A DNA stretch of 64,000 bases from a virus (Duplodnaviria > Caudoviricetes). The notes beneath the pieces were generated by a model. That model saw nothing but the letters and a program-made list of their open reading frames with translations. It was not told the origin of the DNA and made no database searches. Position numbers and translations under genes: made by a program. The DNA is taken from IMG/VR virus record IMGVR_UViG_3300039156_000048, positions 1 through 64,000 of that record. One strand, written 5' to 3'. Positions 1 through 8,844 of this stretch are shown piece after piece; position 1 is the first letter of the stretch; each line of letters opens with the position of its first letter.

Positions 1-1
1 T

Positions 2-202
2 TTATAAAGACATCCTGTTAACTAACCAGCCGATTCCGATTATCATTATGCAGATGGCGGTAACAATGAACACAGTTCCGAATACACTCATCAGAAGCTC
101 CAATATAATGAGGTCATATTCTCTTTCTGCCCATTCCGTTAAAGTAAAAAGGACTCCTCCAACAATGAGTGTAATAAAAAGAATCAGTAACGTTTGTTCC
201 AT
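2..202 (-). CDS. small membrane protein
   Basis: 66-aa ORF, AGGAG RBS, two hydrophobic segments. Confidence 0.6.
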   Translation of the reverse strand: MEQTLLILFITLIVGGVLFTLTEWAEREYDLIILELLMSVFGTVFIVTAICIMIIGIGWLVNRMSL

Positions 203-226
203 TTATTTTCTCCTTTTGTTATTGTT

Positions 227-481
227 TTAACATCGGAACACAGCACCAGGTTCGTTTGTTATAAGAATCAAGCCGTCCTCATACCATGTCCACCTGCTGT
301 CGTCGATATCAAGCCTGACCGTGAAGTTGATAGTTCCCACATAAGTTCGGATGACTTCTGACCGGACACTCACGACTCTTGCTGTCCTTCCAGCATAACC
401 CTCCATGTGCCAATTGGTATCATGGCAGCCAGTCAGACTTGGTTTAATTTGGACTATATCTCCTACTCTTGGTATTGGCAC
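227..481 (-). CDS. small beta-rich hypothetical protein, paralog 3 of 3
   Basis: GTG start after AGGAGG; shares GD(I/V)(V/L)xIK..M..YxG..AxV..VxLDID..WxWY with its neighbours. Confidence 0.75.
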   Translation of the reverse strand: MPIPRVGDIVQIKPSLTGCHDTNWHMEGYAGRTARVVSVRSEVIRTYVGTINFTVRLDIDDSRWTWYEDGLILITNEPGAVFRC

Positions 482-492
482 AGTTTTTCCTC

Positions 493-738
493 CTAACACA
501 TAAACTCGTCATCGGGGTCAAGCACTATAGCATCCCCGTACCAGTGCCAGTTGCCATTATCAATGTCCAGACGAACGGCAAAACCAGCTCCCGAGGGGAT
601 ATAATAACCGCATTCCGTAACGGCAAGGACTTTTGCTGACTTCCCTTGATACTGCTTCATTCTTTCATTGATGAAGCTGCTTCCGGACAAGTCCCTTTTG
701 ATGTGGACAATATCCCCCCTTTTGGGCACACTTGGCAC
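493..738 (-). CDS. small hypothetical protein, paralog 2 of 3
   Basis: GTG start after AGGAGG; same motif. Confidence 0.75.
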   Translation of the reverse strand: MPSVPKRGDIVHIKRDLSGSSFINERMKQYQGKSAKVLAVTECGYYIPSGAGFAVRLDIDNGNWHWYGDAIVLDPDDEFMC

Positions 739-749
739 GGGCATACCTC

Positions 750-992
750 CTAACACTTGAATTCCCCATCGGGGTCATCCATGAACATAAAGTCGTACCA
801 AAACCAAAGACCCTCATCAATATCAAGATGGACAATAAAGTTTGTTCCTTTGGGGTCGTAGCGATCGAGAGGGTGAAGGCTGGTAACTCTTGCCGTTGCT
901 CCTTCGTAAACCTTCATTGAATCATTCAGATTGTTACATCCGTGCAGGCATTTTTTAATGCGGAGAACATCTCCCACGCTTGGAATAATCAC
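750..992 (-). CDS. small hypothetical protein, paralog 1 of 3
   Basis: GTG start after AGGGGG; same motif; the tracked 1118 start overlaps the upstream gene. Confidence 0.7.
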   Translation of the reverse strand: MIIPSVGDVLRIKKCLHGCNNLNDSMKVYEGATARVTSLHPLDRYDPKGTNFIVHLDIDEGLWFWYDFMFMDDPDGEFKC

Positions 993-1002
993 GATATACC
1001 CC

Positions 1003-1251
1003 CTAACATTCAAATTCCTCATCGTAGTCTTCCCACTCTGTCCAGTAGATGTTCCACGGAACAACATCTCCGTCGGGATACGTAAGGGTGATGAATCCAC
1101 CTTCCGAATTTTCCTCATCTGTGAATTCCCATTTGACCCCGATGCTCACCAGTTCTTTTTCAAGACATGGCAGGTCGCAGTAGTATTCCTCACCATCATT
1201 GGCGCAGAAGCCTTGAATCATGGGAGCTCCGCAGATTTTACAGTTTCTCAT
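1003..1251 (-). CDS. small acidic protein, possible Zn-binding
   Basis: CKIC...CDLPC; packed in operon. Confidence 0.6.
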   Translation of the reverse strand: MRNCKICGAPMIQGFCANDGEEYYCDLPCLEKELVSIGVKWEFTDEENSEGGFITLTYPDGDVVPWNIYWTEWEDYDEEFEC

Positions 1252-1256
1252 TTGCT

Positions 1257-1568
1257 TTAGTTCCGGAACTGATTAACAGGACTTACCTCAGCGAATATCT
1301 CGCCCGTGCAATTCCCATCATCGGAGTACCGGCGAAGGCATACGTTGTCTCCAACGGTTGCCTCAATCATCCATCCGTAGTCATACAGATTGTTGACCGC
1401 TGCGTAATTCCGCAACGCATCAATTTCTGAGTCTCCATGAATACCGATCATCGCCTGTGGCCTGCCGTCTCGGTTTGACCACCAGATAGAGTAGAATTTG
1501 CTGCTGGTTGCGGATCCTTTGACCGCCGGGGAGTGTGCCATTGTGCCTACCATTGTTGTTGTACTCAT
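1257..1568 (-). CDS. hypothetical protein
   Basis: AGGAG RBS, operon packing. Confidence 0.6.
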   Translation of the reverse strand: MSTTTMVGTMAHSPAVKGSATSSKFYSIWWSNRDGRPQAMIGIHGDSEIDALRNYAAVNNLYDYGWMIEATVGDNVCLRRYSDDGNCTGEIFAEVSPVNQFRN

Positions 1569-1594
1569 GATTATCTTTCTCCTTTTATTATTTT

Positions 1595-2668
1595 TTATTT
1601 GTAGACGTTATCGTAGGTGACCACAATCTCAGGGTCTCCAAGTTCTTTCCGGAAGACAACATAGGATGCCCCTTCGGGGATTTTCTCAACACGGTATTTG
1701 GCTTTCGGGAACACGAACATTTCCTTTTCCTTATTGTCAAAGAAACCAAGGATAACAGGGTCGCTTCTGTCGAAATAGTTCTCAAGGTATTCCGGGTCCG
1801 CAACGCGGTCAACCTGATCCCCAAGGTCTTTCCAGGAATACCTTAGATAGCCGCGCAGCTCATAGCCATGTTCAGTGCATTCCGCGATTGCTTCGGCAAT
1901 GATTTTCTCGCTTGCCCTGTGATACGGCGCCGTGTATTCGTTAATTGACTTTCTGGGAACACCCGCTTTGTCTGCTTCTTCCAGCACCCAGTCTCGGGAG
2001 TACAGGAAGATAGGTTTTCCTGAGCGATACGCATATATCACATCTCCCAAACAGCTCAACCGGATGCCATACATAGAGTCATCAGACATATAATTGCCCG
2101 AACTCATGACGATGACCCGCTTGAACCCTCGTTTTTCTGTTCGGGGATTCCTGGAGCCACTTCCATTCCTGCTTAGGACAGACAGGACAACAGGGGCTTC
2201 TTCTTTGTCGAAAGAATAGATTTCCCAGTCAATCCCATCCGGTACTTCAACAATCCTGACGTTTTTTAAGAACTTTTCCCCGTACTTTTCATACATTGAA
2301 ACGGCCAGGGGCTCATCAAACGAAAAACGAAACCCATCGTAGCAATGGCGGAAAGCAGATTCCTTGACCACTCCCTCGTATTTCAACATAGAGCAAGCGA
2401 AGTCGTTACATGTACCGTTGTCAAATTTCTCCAGAGCCACTGCTGGGTCAATCATTTTGTAGCTGATATCCCGGGGTTCTTTCGCATATTTTTTCAGATG
2501 TTCTGGGATTTTTAACGAGGTGTCCTTTTTGACTTTCTCATATAGGTAATACTTTTCCGGATACAGCATCGCCATCGTGATTTCGCGTAACGGGTGTTCT
2601 GCAAAAAGGCCAAGCCTGTCACGGGAACACGGACTCATGTACTTGGTGGGAACTAGTATTTTTTTCAT
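1595..2668 (-). CDS. hypothetical protein
   Basis: long ORF; ATG at 2668 follows AGGAG and overlaps the upstream stop. Confidence 0.65.
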   Translation of the reverse strand: MKKILVPTKYMSPCSRDRLGLFAEHPLREITMAMLYPEKYYLYEKVKKDTSLKIPEHLKKYAKEPRDISYKMIDPAVALEKFDNGTCNDFACSMLKYEGVVKESAFRHCYDGFRFSFDEPLAVSMYEKYGEKFLKNVRIVEVPDGIDWEIYSFDKEEAPVVLSVLSRNGSGSRNPRTEKRGFKRVIVMSSGNYMSDDSMYGIRLSCLGDVIYAYRSGKPIFLYSRDWVLEEADKAGVPRKSINEYTAPYHRASEKIIAEAIAECTEHGYELRGYLRYSWKDLGDQVDRVADPEYLENYFDRSDPVILGFFDNKEKEMFVFPKAKYRVEKIPEGASYVVFRKELGDPEIVVTYDNVYK

Positions 2669-2901
2669 TATTCTTCTCCTTTTGTTATTTTTTCCAGATG
2701 ATAGACGTTCCATTGCTTGATTCTTGTTACGAGGATAAGGGGAATTATAACAAGTAAAATTAGAACAACAGCGATGATACCCGCGACTACTTCATCAAAA
2801 AGCCTTGAGAGCAACCACCCCAATACGAAGGAAAAGAGAAGGTTAGTCGCTGATTCAAGTTTACCTGCTATCTTCTTCTGCTTCTCGATATAGTCTTTCA
2901 T
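2668..2901 (-). CDS. small membrane protein
   Basis: two hydrophobic segments, overlapping start/stop. Confidence 0.6.
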   Translation of the reverse strand: MKDYIEKQKKIAGKLESATNLLFSFVLGWLLSRLFDEVVAGIIAVVLILLVIIPLILVTRIKQWNVYHLEKITKGEE

Positions 2902-3140
2902 AGTTGCGGCTCCGTGGTCAAAACCACAATATATCCGTCTACCAGAACAGTTCCGATGCCTTCCAGGGAGATGGTTGTGCGACCTCTTGACATTTCCCCT
3001 TGCAGATACTCGATGAACCGAGAGAGGGGAACGGTCGTGGAGTGAGCGTAGCCGATACCCAGATTGACGAGGTTCTCCTCAGCTTCCTTGAGTTTGTCGA
3101 GAGCGTGGTTGTGAAGGTTGATACGTTCCTGATTTGTCAT
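2898..3140 (-). CDS. hypothetical protein
   Basis: ATGA overlaps on both sides. Confidence 0.6.
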   Translation of the reverse strand: MTNQERINLHNHALDKLKEAEENLVNLGIGYAHSTTVPLSRFIEYLQGEMSRGRTTISLEGIGTVLVDGYIVVLTTEPQL

Positions 3141-3373
3141 GAGGGTCTCCTTTCCTTGACCGCCTGAATTGCTACTTCAAGCGCCAGGATCTCATTGCTG
3201 CTCAGTTGCAGCCATTCTTTCCTGTGCTTCTTCGTGAGGAAGATTTTCTTATGGATATTCCTGTGAATTTCCCTTTGCATCTCGAGAAAATCCTCCAGAC
3301 ATTCAATGATATTCTCCTGCGTCAGGAGTGTAGGATCTGCGTCGGCTCGGATAGCCAAATTCCCGATTACCAT
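3137..3373 (-). CDS. hypothetical protein
   Basis: ATG at 3373 after AGGGGG RBS. Confidence 0.55.
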   Translation of the reverse strand: MVIGNLAIRADADPTLLTQENIIECLEDFLEMQREIHRNIHKKIFLTKKHRKEWLQLSSNEILALEVAIQAVKERRPS

Positions 3374-3374
3374 G

Positions 3375-3689
3375 TTATCCCCCTGCTTTCTTCGTCTCTT
3401 CTGCAAAGTCATGAATTGCCCACATCACAGCGTCGTCCCATGCGGTTGTGGCATCCTCATAGAGGTACTCACGCTTGAGTTCCCCAATGTATTCTGCGTT
3501 GGCAAATATTGTTTCTTTGCTGACACCAAACTCCTCAAGAATTTCATCATCCTGATATCTGTTGTCAACGGTTTCTATGACATCATCTGTGTCATATTTT
3601 CTTTCTTGAATGCGGTATGCTTTCTCGATTTCCGCATCAGTCAGCTCGATGATATGCTGCTCTCCATTGATAATCCTTGTAATGTCCAT
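3375..3689 (-). CDS. acidic hypothetical protein
   Basis: AGGAGG RBS. Confidence 0.6.
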   Translation of the reverse strand: MDITRIINGEQHIIELTDAEIEKAYRIQERKYDTDDVIETVDNRYQDDEILEEFGVSKETIFANAEYIGELKREYLYEDATTAWDDAVMWAIHDFAEETKKAGG

Positions 3690-3702
3690 TTACTCCCTCC
3701 TT

Positions 3703-3915
3703 TCACCACTCCATCAGATAGTCAAGGTACCTCGCTGCGTTTGCATAGTTCCGGTATGGCCTGCTGAACGGAACGAATTCAGATTTGTCCGTTATTGGAT
3801 TGTATTCATAGACCAGGATAATGTAGGTTCCGTCGTCCTGCTTGGCAATCCGGTAATACCGGTTCTTGAAGGTCAGGCCATGATTTTCTCCAGCAAATAC
3901 TGTACTTGTACTCAT
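3703..3915 (-). CDS. hypothetical protein
   Basis: ATG at 3915 after AGGAGG. Confidence 0.55.
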   Translation of the reverse strand: MSTSTVFAGENHGLTFKNRYYRIAKQDDGTYIILVYEYNPITDKSEFVPFSRPYRNYANAARYLDYLMEW

Positions 3916-3923
3916 AATTCCTC

Positions 3924-4211
3924 CTACATCAGGTCGGGGATGTCGCTCCAGTTGGCACAAGAAACGATTCCACCACTCATAAGTGCTTTGAGCATCTTGA
4001 GACAGTAATCGTACTCTTGCAGTGCCCATTTTTTCTCCTGGAAAGGGACAGTCTCCATGTCGAAGGCAAGGGGAGACGAGAGGATTACTCTGTATTCTCC
4101 ATCTTTCCCGTTTGCAGAAAACCACCTCAGGACAATCCATGCGACAGGGTCATTGTCTTTGCAGAAGATTTCCTGTTTGATGATCTCATAGACTTTTATG
4201 CTATCTGACAT
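3924..4211 (-). CDS. hypothetical protein
   Basis: AAGGAG RBS. Confidence 0.6.
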   Translation of the reverse strand: MSDSIKVYEIIKQEIFCKDNDPVAWIVLRWFSANGKDGEYRVILSSPLAFDMETVPFQEKKWALQEYDYCLKMLKALMSGGIVSCANWSDIPDLM

Positions 4212-4222
4212 GTTAATTCTCC

Positions 4223-4405
4223 TTAATCTTCATAGTCGTTGTCGATGAACTCGTCGTAACAGACCGGGGACATTCCCTGGCATTCCATTTCGGTATGGCC
4301 GTCTGCCCAGTCCTTGAGGTATTTCAGATAAGCGTCCCATTTCCGCTTATCTTCGACATACTTACAGGAGCAGTAACAGCAACCGCAGCGATTTCTTGGT
4401 TTCAT
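4223..4405 (-). CDS. small Cys-rich protein
   Basis: CGCCYCSC motif, RBS. Confidence 0.55.
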   Translation of the reverse strand: MKPRNRCGCCYCSCKYVEDKRKWDAYLKYLKDWADGHTEMECQGMSPVCYDEFIDNDYED

Positions 4406-4632
4406 AAAATTCTCCTTTCTTTTTCATGAGATTTTTGGGTGAGGTCGTCTCGCCTGTAGACCTCGATGGTTTCCCCAGTGGGTCTGTTCCTTTGAGCAAA
4501 TTCAATGGCAGCATCATCAGATAGGAATGGAATGTCAAAGTAATTCTTCAACTTCCCGTCTTTGCCAATCGTGATGATGGTGTAGGGGAATAGGATCGGA
4601 GGACCTGATTGTTCTGCTTGTTCTGTCTTCAT
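4402..4632 (-). CDS. hypothetical protein
   Basis: RBS and overlap with neighbours. Confidence 0.55.
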   Translation of the reverse strand: MKTEQAEQSGPPILFPYTIITIGKDGKLKNYFDIPFLSDDAAIEFAQRNRPTGETIEVYRRDDLTQKSHEKERRIL

Positions 4633-5036
4633 TAAGTTCTCCTTCTGACATCGTATTCATATATGTCGACTTCCCCAATGGATGCCACATAGTAAAAATT
4701 TTCTTTGACTTTGATTGCGAAACTCACAACCTTGTTTAGCACAAAGGCCGCAATGACCTCGCTTCTTTTCTTGAAGTCGTATCCTTCCGTCGGAACATAT
4801 CCGGATGTCGTCCACATATGAACATCCCTACTTGGTTCATATTTGTGCCACAGCATGTCTGCCAAATATGAAATTGCGCTGGGATAACTCCCTAACTTCA
4901 CACCTGGCTCTGAATTGTCGAAGTCGCGCTGGTCATAGTTGTCATCGTTGCCATGTGTTTCACGGTACTCCCAAACGGTCTGTATGGTTCTCAGATTTGA
5001 TTTCCAGGCTTCCTCATACCATTTTTCTTTGTTCAT
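4632..5036 (-). CDS. hypothetical protein
   Basis: RBS, operon packing. Confidence 0.6.
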   Translation of the reverse strand: MNKEKWYEEAWKSNLRTIQTVWEYRETHGNDDNYDQRDFDNSEPGVKLGSYPSAISYLADMLWHKYEPSRDVHMWTTSGYVPTEGYDFKKRSEVIAAFVLNKVVSFAIKVKENFYYVASIGEVDIYEYDVRRRT

Positions 5037-5037
5037 G

Positions 5038-5592
5038 TTAGGTTTTTCTCCCTGATGAGGGCGTCAAGGATGCGGTCAAAAGCTTCGTTTTGCAGATGCA
5101 CTTGCTGGGGTTGACAAGAGCAGGTTCCACTCCGAGGTTGCACAGAATCAGAGCAGAATTCTCCAGAATACAACCAATTTCCGGATAAGGATTAGCGTTC
5201 TGGACAGCGGGGAGATACACCTCATGAAAATGGTTGAAGATGCGGTCAAAAACTTCCTTAGCAGTTAATCCACCAAGGACTTCATCATGGGTTGATTCTT
5301 CTTTGGTGAGGAGGCCCATGATTTCCAGTTCATCACAACTCCCACCATAGGAAGAATTCCCCTCGATAACGCTCACTGCCGGATGTGCTATGAGAGGATA
5401 GATCAGCGACCGCATTCCCTCACCACGAATCAGCAGAGTATAAGGGATGCAATAGGTGTCCAGCATTTTTGCGAGCCGGTCAATTTCCGGATAGTTTTCG
5501 CACATTTCCTTGGCAAAGAGATAATTCGCCTGTGATGCAGATGCAGGAAGTCCCGGAACAGTTATCCGATAGAAAGAGGTTCCAATTTTCAT
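5038..5592 (-). CDS. hypothetical protein
   Basis: AAGGAG RBS, 184 aa. Confidence 0.6.
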   Translation of the reverse strand: MKIGTSFYRITVPGLPASASQANYLFAKEMCENYPEIDRLAKMLDTYCIPYTLLIRGEGMRSLIYPLIAHPAVSVIEGNSSYGGSCDELEIMGLLTKEESTHDEVLGGLTAKEVFDRIFNHFHEVYLPAVQNANPYPEIGCILENSALILCNLGVEPALVNPSKCICKTKLLTASLTPSSGRKT

Positions 5593-5623
5593 AAAAATTC
5601 TCCTTTGTTTTGATCTTGTTTTC

Positions 5624-5798
5624 GTATGCGGAATTCCAGACAGCAGGTGAATGGTGGCGTTAGTGCTACACCTTTATAACCGGATGAGTATCACACTATT
5701 TTCTGCACCCATTGTGTGCCAGCGGTTACCATTGGTCACCATTCTTTGAAGACCGCCCAAGCTCTTGACAAGCCCCTTGCTGTCCAGAATTCCGCATA
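5624..5798. ncRNA. candidate structured RNA (nested long inverted repeats)
   Basis: GTATGCGGAATTC..GAATTCCGCATAC closing stem extends to about 25 bp; inner stems GAATGGTGGC/GTCACCATTC and TAACCG/CGGTTA. Confidence 0.4.
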
Positions 5799-5830
5799 CA
5801 AGTAATTGGTTCCGGATTGAAGTTCCTCCT

Positions 5831-5983
5831 TTACATCATGTAGTAACGGGTCTGAGGCTTCATATAAGCCCGTTCGGTTTTCCAGTTGTGAATTTTCCCG
5901 ATCATCCCTAATATGAATTCTCCAATAAGCAGGAGAAAGGCCAGAGATGCGATGACGGTCAGGATGATGATAAGATTCGCCAT
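5831..5983 (-). CDS. 50-aa single-TM peptide (not in ORF track)
   Basis: GAGGAG RBS; MANLIIILTVIASLAFLLLIGEFILG... Confidence 0.6.
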   Translation of the reverse strand: MANLIIILTVIASLAFLLLIGEFILGMIGKIHNWKTERAYMKPQTRYYMM

Positions 5984-5995
5984 GTTTTTCTCCTC

Positions 5996-6033
5996 ACTTA
6001 TGTAGATGGATTGAACTGTTGATTTTCGGACAC
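5996..6033 (-). promoter_or_regulatory. putative phage-specific promoter
   Basis: GTGTCCGAAAATC-N11-CCATCT-ACATAAGT; near-identical element at 11027. Confidence 0.55.
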
Positions 6034-6055
6034 TTTGACTTATTAAATTTCTGGA

Positions 6056-6337
6056 TTAAATTCCGAATAACTGAGAAGTCTTGGAGTAGGTGTCTTGTGT
6101 TACCTCATTTGCATAGATAAAACTCTTCAGTTCTCCTGCTCCGGTGTCCCAGTAGGAACATAGCAAAGGAACCAGATTTCCGTTATCATCTTTCTGGTTC
6201 TCCAGGACGTAATTAGCGCCATTAGGATATTCCTGTTGGAAGCGGCGCAGGGCAGATTCTTCATCAATCGCCGTACATTTTCCGTGATAGGTAGGAGTCC
6301 CGAATGGTCCACTTCCAGCTAAGACGTATGTTTTCAT
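6056..6337 (-). CDS. hypothetical protein
   Basis: GGAGG RBS. Confidence 0.6.
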   Translation of the reverse strand: MKTYVLAGSGPFGTPTYHGKCTAIDEESALRRFQQEYPNGANYVLENQKDDNGNLVPLLCSYWDTGAGELKSFIYANEVTQDTYSKTSQLFGI

Positions 6338-6370
6338 ATTTCCTCCACCGGGATAGTTCCCGGATAATTA

Positions 6371-6778
6371 TCAGAACTGGTTAACGCAGATATTTCCGAA
6401 GTCGAAAATTCCGCATTTCATGGATGCTAAAATTCCCGACCACTTTTCGCCATTCTCCAGGCGTTTCTCATAATGAAATTCCGCATCGCGGGAGATACAG
6501 TACAGCCATTCATCATAGGAGAGATGTTGTTGGAATTCCCCATGTTGACTAATAGTGTATCCTTTAAGTGTTTTGCGATAGGTGTTACCGTTGAGTTCAA
6601 CTTCGGAGCCGTTGAGTGCTGCCCGGGTATAATTGGCAATGACCAGGAGCCGGGACATTCCCTCTTTTGTCCTCTTCATGGTTGAATCCAAACTGAGGAT
6701 ATCACCTTGACTTTTAATCCTTTGGACATTAGGATAGACAGGGGAATGACCGGAAGGAGCCGACATTGTTACCGACAT
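6371..6778 (-). CDS. hypothetical protein
   Basis: ATG at 6778 after AAGGAG. Confidence 0.6.
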   Translation of the reverse strand: MSVTMSAPSGHSPVYPNVQRIKSQGDILSLDSTMKRTKEGMSRLLVIANYTRAALNGSEVELNGNTYRKTLKGYTISQHGEFQQHLSYDEWLYCISRDAEFHYEKRLENGEKWSGILASMKCGIFDFGNICVNQF

Positions 6779-6854
6779 GGTTTTGATCTCCTTTTTTGTA
6801 TTAAAAAAGACCACCTTTCGGCAGTCTATTTTTCGCAAGTTTATGAGGTGAATT

Positions 6855-7085
6855 GTGGCTATTAAAAAACAAAGCGTATGGGCAAGAGAATCAATGGATA
6901 GAATTTACTATCCGCCTGTTAAGATACGATTCAGAAAAAGGCCACCTAATAATGGAATTTATCCAATAATGGAAACAGCTGCACAAAATGCCGGTATTAC
7001 ATTGGCTGAATACGGCAGAATTGCGGTATTTGAGAAACTCAAAAGGGACGGGTATTTAGATTCAGAAGATGAATATATAAGATGA
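6855..7085 (+). CDS. possible ribbon-helix-helix DNA-binding protein
   Basis: lone plus-strand gene with GAGGTG RBS; strand-helix-helix pattern VKIRF...IMETAAQNAGITLAEYGRIAV. Confidence 0.5.
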   Translation: MAIKKQSVWARESMDRIYYPPVKIRFRKRPPNNGIYPIMETAAQNAGITLAEYGRIAVFEKLKRDGYLDSEDEYIR

Positions 7086-7102
7086 TTATCTAAGATCTTA
7101 AA

Positions 7103-7510
7103 TCACCGGCTACCATGATATCCGTTTAATGCCCGGAATATCTCTTGAGCCAATGGGCTTTCATACGGCACCTGGGTATGTGTCCACTCAAACTTCCAAG
7201 GTGAGGAATAGTCACCGGATTGGACAATAATGGGCCTGCGTCCAATTGTTTTCGAGTTGCAGCCCCAAACAGTCTTAACGTGTTTGATTGGCATTGGAGT
7301 ATCATAATTGATGCACTTGAATACGATGATATGTCTATCCTTGGGATTGGCGTCACCAAATCGGGCTGCTTTTGTGCCAAAGGACGCAAACGGAACACCT
7401 TCTGCATCTAGTCCATATGCACAGCCTGGGTGCAGGCTAAAGCCTTTCCATGGCTGGAAATGGGTTGATACACGGGCGATTCCGCGCATCTTGTTTAATT
7501 TACTGGGCAT
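7103..7510 (-). CDS. hypothetical protein
   Basis: GAGG RBS, 135 aa. Confidence 0.55.
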   Translation of the reverse strand: MPSKLNKMRGIARVSTHFQPWKGFSLHPGCAYGLDAEGVPFASFGTKAARFGDANPKDRHIIVFKCINYDTPMPIKHVKTVWGCNSKTIGRRPIIVQSGDYSSPWKFEWTHTQVPYESPLAQEIFRALNGYHGSR

Positions 7511-7665
7511 GATATATCCTCGACTTTCATATTAGGGTAACTTTAATACAACCTCAGCACCTTATCTTTTCAGAGTCCAGAATTAAATCTGACAATGCTT
7601 TTGGTTAATGGTTCTTTGCGTTTAATCGTTGTTGTTATTGTTAGCAAGCATTAGTTTATCCGCGC

Positions 7666-7785
7666 AGCAAACAAGCCAGATCGCTTTTATACTTCTATCC
7701 TTGACAGGATAAAAGGGTATAGCAAACAAGCCTTTCCAGTTTTTTGGCTGTATTCGTGTTTTTTAGTAACACAAACAAGCCTTTC
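7666..7785. repeat. three copies of CAAACAAGCC(TTTC)
   Basis: at 7668, 7723 and 7772. Confidence 0.7.
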
Positions 7786-7893
7786 ACCTTTTGGCTTTTG
7801 GCTTTTTCTATTCGCTTGCACTTTCCTTTTGACTGTTGACATTCATGCTGTATGCTATCGTTTATTGTTTGTCCGGTTTACTGCTTGCCCGGT

Positions 7894-8637
7894 TTACTTT
7901 TTTGTGCTTGCCTTTTCGATTTTAGCCTTTTCATCATTGACCTTTTTTGCTTGTGCGGTTCTTTCAGTATCTTTGTTTTTCAGTGCTTTTTCCATTGCAT
8001 CCGGGGAAACAGTATCTTGATTGCTTGCCTTGAGTTTCTTTTCTTTGAATACTGCATCAACGTCTTGCAATCCTGAAACAGCACGGGCAACGGCATGAAC
8101 AATACTTTTGTCTATGTTCGTTTCGTTGATTGCTTTTGGTGATAATCCATTCCAGTCTTTCAATGTATCCAGTGCGAACCGGAGTACTTGCTTGTTTACT
8201 GTTGCATTGTCAAGACTTGTATTAGAAAAGGCAATCAAGGCGGAAAAGGCATCGTTTAAGCTAGTCTTGTCTTGTTCATGCTTGATACTTTCAATGTATG
8301 CAAGTTTCATCTTCTCAAGCAGGACGTTATATGCTTTCAAATCATCTTTTTTCAAGATAGCACGGTATCCGATTGTAGCCTTTTTCCTTGAATTGATTGT
8401 CAATCCGCTTTCATCACTGAAAGCGACAACCGGACAAAAGGCATTGTTTGCAAGTGCAAGTGCAGGGTATTCGCTTTCAATGATTGCCTTTTTCCATGCT
8501 TTCATGATTGCATCATTCAACGCCTTTTGTGCATCCGCCTTTTGTTCTTCAGTTTCAGCACTGGTCAGGGAAAGTATTTCATCCGCAAAAGTGGTTCTGT
8601 ACGTTTCCTTGATTTTATTTGTTATTTCTTGTTTCAT
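7894..8637 (-). CDS. first gene of the leftward early transcript, Lys/Ala-rich helical protein
   Basis: ATG after AAAGGA; downstream of a sigma70 promoter. Confidence 0.65.
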   Translation of the reverse strand: MKQEITNKIKETYRTTFADEILSLTSAETEEQKADAQKALNDAIMKAWKKAIIESEYPALALANNAFCPVVAFSDESGLTINSRKKATIGYRAILKKDDLKAYNVLLEKMKLAYIESIKHEQDKTSLNDAFSALIAFSNTSLDNATVNKQVLRFALDTLKDWNGLSPKAINETNIDKSIVHAVARAVSGLQDVDAVFKEKKLKASNQDTVSPDAMEKALKNKDTERTAQAKKVNDEKAKIEKASTKK

Positions 8638-8742
8638 GTTGTTTCCTTTCATGCTATACAGCATGAATGTCAACAGTCATTAGGTCTTTGCTTGCTTTTC
8701 TCTTTTTTCTTTTGTCAATGTTCGTGACTTGATTGTTAGTCC

Positions 8743-8791
8743 CTTTCACTTTGTGTCCGGTTTGCCTTTTGTGACTTTCACTTTGTGTCCG
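8743..8791. repeat. 17-bp direct repeat x2 in early leader
   Basis: CTTTCACTTTGTGTCCG at 8743 and 8775. Confidence 0.85.
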
Positions 8792-8815
8792 TCAAGGCAT
8801 CAATCAGTCAATTAC

Positions 8816-8844
8816 AAGATACCATAGTCACCTATACATGTCAA
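8816..8844 (-). promoter_or_regulatory. sigma70/sigmaA early promoter
   Basis: TTGACA-17 nt-TATCTT with extended -10 TG and AT-rich upstream region. Confidence 0.7.

Noticed and set aside
493-756. Shared MLGG N-termini of the paralogs
   Set aside because: Artefact of reading the upstream TGT-TAG-GAGG stop/RBS junction; true starts are the downstream GTGs
7666-7785. Mini CRISPR array
   Set aside because: Repeats are only 10-16 bp, spacing is uneven and no cas genes are present; no CRISPR array was seen in the window
8735-8775. c-di-GMP-I riboswitch (GGCAAACC..GAAA..GGGAC on the minus strand)
   Set aside because: GCAAAG and the second hairpin are missing in the required order
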